A stretch of 64,000 nt of DNA from Chrysomallon squamiferum. Its lineage: Eukaryota; Animalia; Mollusca. Position 1 is the first letter of the stretch. The number at the start of each line of letters is the position of its first letter. The position numbers were made by a program, and so were the translations under genes. The stretch spans positions 47,554,001-47,618,000 of the forward strand of contig CM022665.1 of assembly GCA_012295275.1 (NCBI GenBank). Direction: 5' to 3'. Shown here one piece after another: positions 13,700 to 26,611 of the stretch. Below the pieces are notes generated by a model, which saw only the letters and a program-made list of their open reading frames with translations, had not been told where the DNA came from and made no database searches.

Positions 13700-14327
13700 C
13701 TACCAACAACAAGACAACATCTTTAAACATCATGTGTCTTCACTTAATATCACTGCTTTACAGACAAAACAACAGTTTCACTTTCAAAGAATAAAATTAC
13801 GTTTTTTAAAAGCAATGTTAAACTTAAAGCATCGCATTAAGATTGAGGTTTCGTACTCAGAAATAAATAAGGAGATATTGACTACTCTGCTTTATCTTTT
13901 CTCTCTGTTTTTCTAACATTAACATATTATTTATTAATAACCTAGCTTTCTTTGTAATATGACTGAAATAAATAGAATTTGAGAAGTCTGCGGGTATAAG
14001 TCTGTATTCGTTTTTTTAACTGTTAGCCGATTTATAATATAAATCTAAGAGGTTTTTTTATTTTATTTTTTATTTTTAATTTAATTTAATTTTATTTTAT
14101 TTTATTTTATTTTATTTTATTTTATTTTATTTTATTTTATTTATTTTTTTTGTCAGTAAAATGGTATTTTCTAAAAGGAAAGTTGATGATAACGTCGTCC
14201 ATGATGTCGACAATGAGGCATCATCGTGATCACGATTATTTTCATGACAGTTTTTGTTTCTTTTACAACATAACGCCGTTACCTAATGTAGGAAGGGAGA
14301 TAACCGCATTATGACCACACCACTACT

Positions 14328-14362
<35 letters not shown>

Positions 14363-14369
14363 AACATAC

Positions 14370-14522
14370 ACGTCACAGCATCAGCTGCGTCGACGACAGC
14401 CCTCACTGTTGCCGTCTCCAGATTTAAACCAAGATTTTCCGCTGGCACAAGAGCGTAAAAAGCGCCGCCATAACTGATGTCCAGTTTGACCTTGCCGTAA
14501 CCTTCAACCTCAACTTCAACGT
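14370..14522 (-). CDS. L3HYPDH: L3HYPDH exon 2
   Basis: Reads DVEVEVEGYGKVKLDISYGGAFYALVPAENLGLNLETATVRAVVDAADAVT between ag and gtatgt. 153 nt, phase 1-1. Confidence 0.93.
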
Positions 14523-14698
14523 CTTTTGTTTAAATGAAAACAAAATTAAACAAAATGTATATGGAGTTATATATCTGCCGATTTTTGTGAGAATAAAGAT
14601 AAATAGTTAATCAGATGAATTTAATTTGAGCAATGGGACTTCGGAATTCAGCATTTGCAGGTAAATTTTAATTGCTTTTTAAATTCACATCATGGATA

Positions 14699-14793
<95 letters not shown>

Positions 14794-15070
14794 ATTAAAT
14801 AAATAAATAAATAAATAAATGATGATGATGATATACTGTTAGTTCATCAGATGAGACATATAATGATATCAAACTTATTCTTTTTTTATAATCAACGTTT
14901 TTAATCTATCAGGGTTTTTATTATAATTATTTTATAATGTCACAACTGTATTTTAAACAACAAGTTATCGTAACTCGTTCTGATAACACTATTCTTAAAT
15001 AAAGACTTCTGACTATAAGCCCGGTGTTACTGTGTACTGTGTAATAACAAAATACTGTGATGTTATTCAC

Positions 15071-15548
15071 CTGTTTTCAGAACGAAGGCTGGGACGCTGT
15101 GAAACCGGACTGAGCCGGATTTCTTCCCGTCAAACTTGACGAACGCCCGCACCAGGCCGCACGGACACTGAATCCGGACCTCGGTTTCCGGACACGTCAA
15201 ACTTTTCACCAGCTTTTTGTCCACGGCGTACCTGCCTAGAGCGATGATGGCGTGGCCGCACATGGTGCTGTAACCTTCGTTGTGCATGAAGACGACGCCG
15301 ATGTCGGCATCAGGAATGTCCGGTGTCACCAGCAGCGCTCCGTACATGTCAAAGTGACCCCGAGGTTCGAACATGACAAACTTCCGGTATCTATCCAGGT
15401 GCGTTCGAACGTAATTTCGCTTCTCCAGAACCGTCGAACCTTCAGGTTGGGGGAAACCTGACTCGATTATCCGAAGAGGTTCGCCCCCGGTGTGCATCTC
15501 CGTCGTGTGGATGACGATCTCGTCGTTTAAGTCCACCGTCTTCTCCAT
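15071..15548 (-). CDS. L3HYPDH: Trans-L-3-hydroxyproline dehydratase (proline racemase family), exon 1
   Basis: Encodes MHTGGEPLRI, MFEPRGHFDMYGA, NEGYSTMCGH (catalytic Cys), CPCGLV and RFHSVPAFV. Ends at donor ACAG|gtgaat, phase 1. Confidence 0.95.
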
Positions 15549-15895
15549 GGACGTTTTCTGTGACGTAAGACGCACGAGTTTGGAAGGTGAACTAGATAGT
15601 GTTGTGTTGTTTTCCCTCTTTTTTCTTTTCTCCTGTAACAACACGTACATGCCAGAATCATACTTAAGGATTTTATACACGAACGATAGCGACTTCAAAC
15701 GGAATATTATAAAGACTAAAAGCATTTTTTTTTTTTTTTGTATTATCCTAAAATGTCATGCTATTTAACGTAATCAGCCAGTCACATAACAACGTACAGT
15801 TCAGCACCAGCAACATAAATTATGATTTATTACAGAATATATCTATGCCCCTTTGAAAAATAATAAATTACTTAAGTCTATCTGTGACAATACAA

Positions 15896-15928
<33 letters not shown>

Positions 15929-15983
15929 TAGTTTGAAGGATCCATTATTTTTAGTAACAAGTATTATTTTATAAAACATGAAA

Positions 15984-16122
15984 GCCGCCATTTTAAATCT
16001 TCACAACAGTTGTGACGTCATCGTATACTGATACCAATCTTTTATGACAGCTAATGAAAAAGGTAGAACAAATGGGGTTCGCCTTATACGAGATGACGTC
16101 ACGATTACAGAAAAATGGCGGC
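15984..16122. promoter_or_regulatory. Inverted YY1 + CRE motif pair upstream of L3HYPDH
   Basis: GCCGCCATTTT...TGACGTCAtcgtata on the left mirrors tatacgagaTGACGTCA...AAAATGGCGGC on the right, about 440-570 nt upstream of the ATG. Confidence 0.5.
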
Positions 16123-16442
16123 GCCTTGATAACTGTTCTTATCACCTAAGATACATTTTAATTAATATAATAATATGATACAGACAATTTTAACTTAATA
16201 TTTTAGAACTAAAGATAGATTTTAAATAAACAAAGCGCATATATTTTTTCGTTGGTCTATGCGGCAAAATAATAATAATAATGATAATAACAACAACAAC
16301 AACGACAACAACAATAATAATAGTAGCATATCGTTATGGTTTGTTCCATTTTTAGCTATAGATTTTGCACCTTCCATCTACACTACAAATAAATGGGAAA
16401 TATCTGCTATCACCAGCCCCTCATTGATGTATTTTTATTTGT

Positions 16443-16558
<116 letters not shown>

Positions 16559-17170
16559 ATTTCCGGACTTATCCAAGAAATAACATATTTTAAATACCAG
16601 TAGACCGGAAATCGTTCAAATAAAGCTGAGCTGGCAGTTACGATTCAGATCTAGCATACAGCAGTTTTACGAAATAACAATCGTATTTTAATTTAACTTT
16701 CTTCAAATTCAGTGGTCCTAGTGAAAAAGATAGGTCACGGATCGATAGGCAGTATTTACACGTTCAGTCAGCAATTCCCGTGAATTTTGTCACACTGTTA
16801 AACGATCAGAAGAAATTGCGTGTTGTGTTGCCTCTATACTCACGTGCACTGTCAAAGATAAATTAAGTGATTAATGTATCTCGTACATTATCAGTTACCT
16901 TTAAAAATAGGGCGTGTTTACGACAATCCGGTGTAGCGTTAGATAAGGACTTCCAACATAGAAGGTCAGATGAATCACTATGAGCATGCGCGAAAGTGGT
17001 GGGTTAATGTCAACACTATATATCTGTAATGACTAAAATTTAGAGGAGAAGCCCGAAATATTTTTCATATGCACGACATTTTAATGGGCACAAAAATACT
17101 GCCAGACGTTGTATCAGTTTTCTGATAATTCATGTGATTTTGTTATTCTGATTATATCATAATAAATAAA

Positions 17171-17231
<61 letters not shown>

Positions 17232-18097
17232 GTTCCGATATTAATTTATAGTTCTTATACAATTATTAAATTTATACGAGGATTATTTATTATACTTGGT
17301 TCCAGTTGTGAACGCTTCAATACATTTAAATGTATATTTACTTCATACTTAATTTCTTCAGCTAAACTCTCAATATACGTGTAATGCACAAAACTATTCA
17401 GATACAACATTGAAGTTTATGTGTTTTTATTTTTATTATATGAGGTCAATTAGAATAAAATAAAGATTATGGTCGTGCCAAATGTTGCGGAAATGACGTT
17501 TTTTCACATCATTTGTACAACGAGAATTGATCTGCATTCGGAGCGTTTCGTAATTTATAGGAAATTTCCATTAGTGACAGGGAATAGCTTTCTGAGATAT
17601 TTCGACATGTTTATTTGAAAAGAGTGAATCTGAGTTCACGACGATGAAAAATCACACTGATATAAAATATTTCCACAAAAAGTTAAGAACGACAATTCTT
17701 CATTATCATCCAATGTGACGCGAGTTATCCTTATCCAAATAAAAAAACAATAAAAGTTAAATTTAAACAATTCGATTACAAAAAAGTTTACAGTATGTTT
17801 AGCAAGTACACAGCAGACGATATCAGTTCTGATATAATTTATCGTGATATGGTATGCGATATCTTTATGAAATTTTATCATTTATTTAAAATATTGTGTT
17901 GTCTTTTATTCATTTCAATTTTTGTAATGATTATCGTAAGTAAACTGGGTTTTTTTACATGAAGGTCAGAGTTAAAAGTGAAGATGTTGATCATCTCAAA
18001 AGTCTACATGGATCTCAGCTGTCTGACAAACGTCTGTGAAAAGACAGTGAACACACATGTTCCTAAGGCTTTCAAGTTGTAATAAATTTGCTTTCTT

Positions 18098-19171
18098 TTA
18101 ATATATGGTGTCATAAAATTTATTAAAACTGAACACATAATATATTTGATCAATAGCAGACATCATACACAAATACATTTTACCATTTAATATTTTAAAA
18201 ACTTTTATGCATCTGATAGCTCTTTCAGAATGCACACAATGTTTTGCTATTTTCTTTGTTGAAAATACATCTTGCTCATGCATTTGTGATCCTGATCTTG
18301 CAAATGGCGGAATATTTAATCTAAGTCCTGTTTCTTCAACTTTCTTTTTAAACTCGAAACCTTTATCACTATAGGGACCATCCTGTTTGTTAAGATAACT
18401 GATTTCAACAAGTTGTTTAATGGTAGACTGAGGACCACTTTTTATACATATATCTTTGTCAGACATTGAACCACCAAACAACACAGAACTAAATATAATG
18501 AAGCGTCTGGGATCTACAGCTGCCAGTGACTTCAGGCTGTCAGTAGATTTGTAGTTGCTGTATATTTAGGACTGGGCTTACAGTGGAGAGGTTTTTTTAA
18601 ATTTTAATTTCTGTGCAGTCAGCTGTAACAGAAGTATTAGGAAGCTCCTCCTTACAGTCATCAGACATGTTTTCATATAAAATATCAAATACTGACTTCT
18701 CCAAACCTTAGAAACATACAGTCGACCCAAGAATTGAAAATTATACCTGCCACTTGCTGAGTAAGGCCAAGTCTGTGTCCTGAGTGTGGCAAATCTAAAA
18801 TTATTCCTCAGCTTACACAGAGTAAGAAATAACAGGTTATCTAAAGAGAAGCTGTTTATTAGGGAAAGATTCCCTTTCCCAATGCATGTTAAACTTTAAA
18901 GGACAAATATCACAAATGGGTACAAGAAATTTAAATATGTCATAAAATGACTCTGTATCAAAACCAGTATAATATTTATAAAGTTTTTCATCTTCAGCTA
19001 CAATGTCAACTGAAAAACTAACCGTTTTCTTTCTGGACAGCAGTTCACATTCTTTCTGATTCTCCATTAACTTCCTCTTTTTATCAACGTGGTCCAGACA
19101 ACATTTTGTCATTCCTCTCTTCAGTAATGAATTTTCAATGACCAAGGACATGAAATCCATTGGTTCAACCC
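18098..19171 (-). pseudogene. Terminal transposase exon: open to a stop at 18837, then a disrupted HTH_Tnp_4/DDE_Tnp_4 domain
   Basis: Pieces LLFLTLCKLRNNF, GIIFNSWVD, LPNTSVTADCTEIKI, YSNYKS, FGGSMSDKDI, SDKGF, LNIPPF and HSERAIRCIKVFKIL are separated by stops and frameshifts. Confidence 0.85.
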
Positions 19172-19407
19172 CTGAAACATGAAAAAAAAGCTGTTTTGTG
19201 AATTAAACATATAAACACACATTATCATTTCATAAATATATATATATATTGGTTAATTTTACCTTGCAAAATAGAGGGAGAAAAATCCTTCAAAATAACT
19301 TCACTATAAATAATTGTTCTCTAACACATCTCTGACTGTGTACATGTTTTAGTTTTACTACATTTAATGCAGTATTAATTTTTTTTAAATTGTTTTTGTT
19401 ATTTCAG

Positions 19408-19590
19408 GCATATTTGGAAATGTGTGTGGAAATCTGGAAAAAGCATGTGCTCTCTCTAGTTTCTGTCTAGAAAATACTGATGTACTGGATCTGAAAGAAC
19501 ACCACATGCAGTGTTCTCAAGTTCAGGGCCAGCTATTGGTGTCTGGTGCTCATTTTTGTGACTCTGTGGTGTTCACAAGAAAGATTATTT
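19408..19590 (+). pseudogene. YqaJ-like (lambda exonuclease family) fragment
   Basis: NLEKACALSSFCLENTDVLDLKEHHMQCSQVQGQLLVSGAHFCDSVVFT fits the eukaryotic-transposon YqaJ pattern FCL...LKxxHxYYxQVQGQLxxxGxxxCDFVVxT. It is preceded by the acceptor tttgttatttcag. Confidence 0.75.
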
Positions 19591-19876
19591 CCAGAACTGT
19601 TTCTATTTCAACATGTGAAACCACTGTTAATTCAGTGCCGAATTTTATTACTTACAAACTTAATATTACTAATCTAGTAAATGTACTTTTTAAGTGTGAG
19701 GTATTTTTTTCCATGTTTATGTGTGTGTCTGTTTGTGTTGTGTGCAAGTAAAATAGGAAGGGGATCACCATTGTTTATCTCACAGTATATGGTATACTTG
19801 CATGCAGGGAAAAAAGTGTAGGTTTATGTTGTTCTGTGCGTACAGATCCATTTTTTTTATATACGTTTATTCTTAC

Positions 19877-22200
19877 AGTTTGAATCTGTTTGGCTGGACG
19901 CACATATCAAATTGTTCTTCACTTCTTTGGTGATGTCATCTTCAACATTTTCATTCTTCACACACAGAACAGCATCTTGTCTGAAACAGAACAATACATA
20001 TACTAAACTACATATCCCTTGTTCTCAGTGTTAATTTTGGCACATTTAAAATGTGGATAAATGCAACAATTAGCGTTAATTCAATTAAATAACAAGAAGA
20101 AATAGGCTTGTACCTATTACATACTATCAGTAAATAAAATTAACTGTTAATTAAATACTACAAACAAGGTTAAAAGTTTGTTTACAAATAATCTGGTTGA
20201 CTGGATGTAGCACTTGTCAAATTGTTCTTTATTTCTTTTGTGACATCATCTTCAACATTTTCATTCTTCACACACAGAACAGTATCTTGTCTAAAACAGA
20301 ACAATAAATATACTAAACTGCACATTCCTTGTTGTCCATGTTAATCATAGCACATTAAAAATATGGCCATGAAAAGTGTGAATTAATAAAAAAAAATGGC
20401 ACATTTAAAATGTGCAAAATGCAGCAGTTAGTATTAATTTAAATAAATAACAAGAAGAAATAGGCTTGTACCTATTACATACTATCAATAAATATAATTA
20501 GCAACCTGTTAATTAAATACTACAAACACGGTTAAAAGCTTTGTTTACAAATAATCTGGTTGACTGGATGCAGAATGAGTCAAATTGTTCTTTATTTCTT
20601 TGGTGACATCATCTTCAACATTTTCATTCTTCACACACAGAACAGCATCTGGTCTAAAACAGAAGAATAAATATACTAAACTAAGTATCCGTTGTCCTTG
20701 TTAATAAAAAACATTAATTTAAATAAATGAAGCAAAAAAAACTATTTAATTAAATAACAATGTATTACCATGCATCTATTACATAGTATCAATAAATATA
20801 ATTAGCAAACTATTAATTAAATACTACAAACAAGGTTAAAAATGTGTTTACAAATAATCTGATTGACTGCATGTGGCACATGTCAAATTGTTCTTTATTT
20901 CTTTGGTGACATCTTCTTCAACATTTTCATTCTTCACACACAGAACAGCATCTTGTCTAAAACAGAATAATACATATACTAAACTGCACATCCCTTGTTC
21001 TCCTTGTTAATCATAGCACATTAAAAAATGTGGATAAATGAATATAAAACATGGCACATTTAGAATACTGCAAAATTTAATTACATAACAAGAAGAAATA
21101 GGCTTGTACCATGTATTACCATGCATCTATTACATAGTATCAGTAAATATAAATAGCAAACTATTAATTAAATACTACAAACAAGGTTTAAAATTTGTTT
21201 ACAAATAATGTGGTTGACTGGATGTAGCACTTGTCAAATTGTTCTTTATTTCTTTGGTGACTTCATCTTCAACATTTTCATTCTTCACACACAGAACATC
21301 TTCTTGTCTAAAACAGAATAATAAATATATAAAACTAGCATATCCCTTGTTTTCAGTGTTAATCGTAGCACATAAAAAACATGGCCATGAAAAGACTGAA
21401 TAAAAAAAAATATATGTTAAAATGCTGCAGTTAGTATTAATTTAATTAAATAAAGAAGAAATAGGCTTGTACCTATTACATACTATCAATAAATATAATT
21501 AGCAAACTGTTAATCAAATACTACAAACATGGTTAAAAGCTTTGTTTACAAATAATCTGGTTGACTGGATTCAGCATGTGTCAAATTGTTCTTCACTTCT
21601 TTGGTGACATCATCTTCAACATTTTCATTCTCTGCATCTAGACTAAAAGAAAAAGTGCAACAAATATACAAAATTCCATATTCCTTGTTTTTAGTGTTAA
21701 TCAAAGCACATTTAAAAACATTGACACTGAATTAAAAAATGGCACATTTAAAATGTGTTGAAAAATGCAGCAGTTAGTATTAATTTAATAATAAGAAGAT
21801 ACAGGCTTGTACCTATTACATTATTATCAGTAAATATAATTAGCAAACTGTTAATCAAATACTACAAACAAAGTTAAAAGCTTTGTTTACAAATAATCTG
21901 TTTGACTGGATACAGCATGTGTTAAATTGTTCTTCACTTCTTTGGAAACATCATCTTGTCTGAAAGAAAAAATGCAATAAATATACAAAACTGCATATCC
22001 CTTGTTTTCAGTGTTATCATAGCACATTAAAAACAATGCCATGAACAGACTGAAATAAAAAAATATATATGCTAAAATGCTGCAGTTAGTATTAATTTAA
22101 ATAAATAACAAGAAGAAATAGGCTTGTACCATGTAGTCCTGTATCTATAAATATAATTAGCAAGCTGTTCATTAAATACTATAAACAACATTAAAAGCTT
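19877..22200 (-). repeat. Tandem array of about 7 exon+intron units (period ~300-360 bp) inside the transposase gene
   Basis: Candidate exons at 21891-21959, 21550-21642, 21203-21307, 20852-20956, 20549-20653, 20186-20290 and 19877-19980. Each is bounded by ag and gtaa and encodes a variant of QDAVLCVKNENVEDDVTKEIKNNLTSATSSQPDYL. Confidence 0.85.
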
Positions 22201-22428
22201 AGTTTACGATGCAACACATTTGTAATAACAAACAAATCTATTACACTTTAAAAATATTACTCTAATAAGATCGAAGAAAGAGTTAGTGGAACATTCTTCA
22301 ATGAAATATTCTTACACATTGCAGCAAATTAAGATTAGATTACTTATGCAGTGAAGAAGACTTGTTCAGATATAAGAAGATTAAAGTTGAACACGTTTGA
22401 AACCAAAGCTGAACTAATTGAACCCTAC

Positions 22429-22559
22429 GTCTGAGTGTCCACATACAACTTTTTTCTTTTTGGGGGTGGCTTCCTCGTCAGCTGTGAGTGGGAAGTGAAC
22501 TTGCTTGCAGGTAATGGATCTGGATATAACTCTGTTGGTCCAGTCTTGTCTACAAAATG
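22429..22559 (-). CDS. THAP exon 2, supplying the HF of the C2CH motif and a basic NLS-like stretch
   Basis: After tttttcag it reads HFVDKTGPTELYPDPLPASKFTSHSQLTRKPPPKRKK. Two phase-2 donors are possible (exon end 22447, gtatgt; or 22429, gtaggg). Confidence 0.75.
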
Positions 22560-23008
22560 CTGAAAAAAAAAAATATATATATAGTAGGATATCATTTTTA
22601 AATAAATATTTCCACTACCAACATGTACGTATCGATGTATCTATAGCTACCATTTCTAGTTTAGAGGCATGTAGTTCAAACTAAATTTATTCTGGCAATA
22701 ATGACTAACGTAATTTTTTATTTTTTTTTATTTTTTATTTTTTATAAATATACGTTTTGTAAGTAGAACTTTCAGTATTATGTTCCTTGTAATTTTATGT
22801 TTAATGTTGTAAAACACATGTTTGTTTTGATCTAATATTGGATGGTAATCAAATACTATTTCGTCATCATATTTTTTTTTTTTTTTTTTTTATTATTATT
22901 TTTTTTTTAAATTTTAAAACTTTAAACGATAATTATATTGACCGATAACTGGTCCCATGAAGCAATAATACGTTCGAATTTATGGTCGGAGAATTTAAAA
23001 TTTCGTAC

Positions 23009-23206
23009 CTTTGTACAAACATATCTATTCGAGTTTATTTTCGATGGATTCAGCTGTTCGTATGGCCTTCCGCATAAAGCGATCCACTTGAGGCATTTTC
23101 GTAAATTGGTTTTTGGCTTTGGAAAAGGCACGAATTTTACACCAACTATTCGTTCCGGATACCGATCATCGCTGTTACACTGACCGTAGCTACATCTCTT
23201 TACCAT
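23009..23206 (-). CDS. THAP zinc finger exon 1 of the transposase-derived gene
   Basis: Reads MVKRCSYGQCNSD...FVPFPKP...CLKWIALCGRP...RYVCTK, followed by donor gtacga. 198 nt, phase 0. Confidence 0.85.
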
Positions 23207-23306
23207 GATTGTGCTGCAGCTTCCGCTCACGTTGAATAACAAAAAAAAAAAGATTCTTTATTGTCTAAGTACTTGTTTGTCTAAGGTAATGGCCGACAAA
23301 CGATGA

Positions 23307-23331
23307 TGCGCGCATGCTCGTTTGTCATTGG
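23307..23331 (-). promoter_or_regulatory. NRF1-like (TGCGCGCATGC) and CCAAT motifs upstream of the THAP ATG
   Basis: Motifs at 23307-23317 and 23327-23331 (ATTGG on +), about 100-125 nt upstream of the ATG at 23206. Confidence 0.4.
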
Positions 23332-25284
23332 TCAATAGTAGTTGTCAATCATGAATGGCGAAGGGGTCAATTGTTCACTGATATTAATAATGTAACTATC
23401 ATTATTATAAACTACATAAATAATAAACTAAATAATAGTAGCTGAACTGATGTTATTCTTTGTTTTGTTGCTGTCACTGTAAATTGTATAATTGCGAATT
23501 TCCATGTAAACATTTTATATAGCGTGCTAACGTGATAATCAAACTGAAATTTGCTGTTTTCCCGAGAGACGGTATTCGTATTATATTGTATGTGATAACA
23601 AAATTAATATCCATAACAATGACACGTTTGTACCTGGGGGAATGATAAACAGAGATTTTACAATCTTTATAATGATTTATAAAGCTGCCATGACCCGTTT
23701 GTTAGTTCTGTTATTACTAAAAGCAGTGCATTATTTTGACGTTGGTATTTTGTAGACTGGTTAAAAGTTAACACTTTACGTAACGTTACATAAATAATTC
23801 GGTATCGGTTTTCTTCTGCGGAAATAGCAGATTTCATCAGAGACTTGATAATTCGCCAGTGCCGACACAACAACATAATTACGTTAAACGCAGACGATTT
23901 TCTTTCCCAAAGGAATTGAGCGTACTGTGGGCGTGTTGCCAAAGCCAGATTAACAAGAGAAAACAATACGCTGATGGTTCTATCTGACGGCCGGGTAGTG
24001 GTATTGAAAAGTTGTGACGTCGATAAAAGTATTGCTGTACTTCTACGTTAGACTCGGGTTAACAAAGTCGAGTACATTCACCCGAAGTGCACTCTTCATT
24101 CAACAGATCATTATTTACACGTACATATTGTTTGTAAATAAGTAGAATATTCACCGAAAGTACACACTTTACTCAATAAGCATTATTTACATATATATAT
24201 ATTATTTGTTAATAGGATGTCTATACTAAACAGTAACGAAAACCATATGGATACAGCAGTTTTGCACTGAATAAACCTTCACTCAATACTGAGCTATTTT
24301 CCCATTCCATCTCTTATCATTAACGGACTTCTTTTTTTCTGAAAGTTTTTGCTTTTGTCCAGGAGAAAAGGAAACATGTATAAGCATCATACACTGTAAG
24401 AAAAGTGAATGATGTAGGTGAACCAAACATCTTCTCATAAATACATAAAAATAATTATACACCTTGTACTTACTCAAAATATAAATTAGATGCCATTAAA
24501 CAATTATTTTTTGCTACAGTTTGATTAATAATTAAAACTGTTTTGTTTAGTAAAATTCAATATATAAACCTAATATATATTTTTTGACAATTAACCAAGA
24601 TCAAACAATATTGATTCAAATCTGCTGAAAGAAGTATTGTTAACTAAATCACGTTTGCCATTTACTAAGATATTAAAATTAATAACATATTAATTTTATA
24701 CTCAGGTTATTATGCATTTAAAAAATATACATATATACGAGACAATGGATTCTTTCAACTGAATTAATTAAGTCTTTACAGATAATCAATTTAAAAATCA
24801 GAACTATATGTATAGAAAATGTACATCCCAATTTTTAAATAATAATTTAGTTGTTGTCTACTTGATAAAACTGAATATTGACTAGGTCTTCACTTGAACA
24901 TTTATTTCCCAGTTTTATCAACATCTTTATTTGTTGTTTATAAAATAGATTAATTCACACATACCAGACACTGTTCATATTACATTACAGTATAATAAAA
25001 AGAAAATGCTGCCAAGTTGAAAAATCGTTGTTGCATGTGTGTGAAAGATAGAGTCTTTATTTATTTATCTTATACTTACACATTTTATTTTTCAGGACGT
25101 AATAATTTATCACTCACTGCATTCTGTATAACATTTCTTTTTCTCTCCTGTTTCAGTATTATGCAGTACTGTGTATGAGTTAATCACACACAAGTAGTCA
25201 CTCACACACACACACACACACACACACATCCACAAATCACACAAATGCAGGATTCTGTACGTTAATCACACACACACACACACA

Positions 25285-26150
25285 CCTGTGTAGCCTAAAT
25301 AAAAAACATGCACACATCCATAGACACACACACATGTAGCCTAAATACAAACACACACACACCTGTGTAGCCTAAATACAAACACACATCCATAGACACA
25401 CAATGTAGCCTAAATACACGCACACATCCATAGACACACACACATGTAGCCTAAATACATACACACAAACACACACACACCCATACACACACACACATGT
25501 AGCCTAAATACAAACACATCCATAGACACACACACATGTAGCCCTAAAAATACACACACATCCATAGACACACACACATGTAGCCTAAATACAAACACAC
25601 ACATCCATAGACACACTGTACATGTAGCCTAAATACACACACACACATCCATAGACACACACACATGTAGCCTAAATACACACACACATCCATAGACACA
25701 CACACATGTAGCCTAAATACACGCACACATCCATAGACACACACACATGTAGCCTAAATACAAACACACACATCCATAGACACACACACATGTAGCCTAA
25801 ATACACGCACACATCCATAGACACACACACATGTAGCCTAAATACACGACACATCCATACACACATTACAAACACATCCACACACACACACTGTGTAGCC
25901 TAAATACAAAACACACACCTGTGTAGCCTAAATACAAAAACACACAAACACACACACATGTAGCCTAAATACAAACACACACCTGTAGCCTAAATACACA
26001 GCCTAAAACACACATGTAGCCTAATTACAAACACAGCCTAAATACAAACACACACACACACATCCACACACACACATACATGTAGCCACACAAAACACAT
26101 ACATTCTGTATCAAACACACACACAACACACATGTGTAGCCTAAATACAC
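25285..26150. repeat. ~38-40-bp CA-rich minisatellite
   Basis: About 20 recurrences of tgtagcctaaatac, mostly followed by (ac)n atccataga (ca)n. Confidence 0.9.
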
Positions 26151-26573
26151 ACACACACACACACACACACACAAATGCAGCACCAACAAACATACAAGAC
26201 ACAAAAAACACCAAAAACATAAAATTTAAAAAACAAAAAAAAAAAATAAAAATAAGCAAGAACAACAAACAACAAGAACAAGCTTTCAACCCTTTATTGA
26301 AAAGACAATAAAAACAATATTGGTAATCTGGAGTACCAAACGAGACAGACAACATCTATCCATGTGAAAAACTGCTGGAATGGACTCCACCGCTGAGGTA
26401 AGATTAACATGTGTCACAAGTAGGAGGTTACCTCTAAAAACCAAGTATCACGAAGGAAACAGCATTTCTACATGGGCTAAGTGAGTGAGTAAAACGGAGG
26501 AAGAATTCTAACTGGAAAAACAAAAAAGTAGTGCAATAAAACACTCTTTTAATTACTGTAAAATAAAATAAAA

Positions 26574-26611
<38 letters not shown>

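Larger units (their letters stand above)
18098..23371 (-). mobile_element. Decayed ISL2EU-like DNA transposon (PIF/Harbinger-ISL2EU-Spy group): THAP, HTH_Tnp_4/DDE_Tnp_4 and YqaJ fragment
   Basis: THAP C2CH finger, KYYTGF and LFLTLCKLRNN HTH motifs, catalytic-region motifs ADCTEIKI, SDKGF and HSERAI, and a YqaJ motif. Boundaries are approximate and no matching TIR pair was found. Confidence 0.8.

Noticed and set aside
15549-15725. N-terminal extension of L3HYPDH in the ORF track
   Set aside because: No family similarity upstream of MEKTVDL, so ATG 15548 fits homologue length better. An upstream in-frame ATG cannot be fully excluded.
23350-23371. GAAGGGGTCAAT as the transposon's right TIR
   Set aside because: It looks terminus-like, but I found no inverted partner at 16-18 kb, so TIR and TSD are not claimed.
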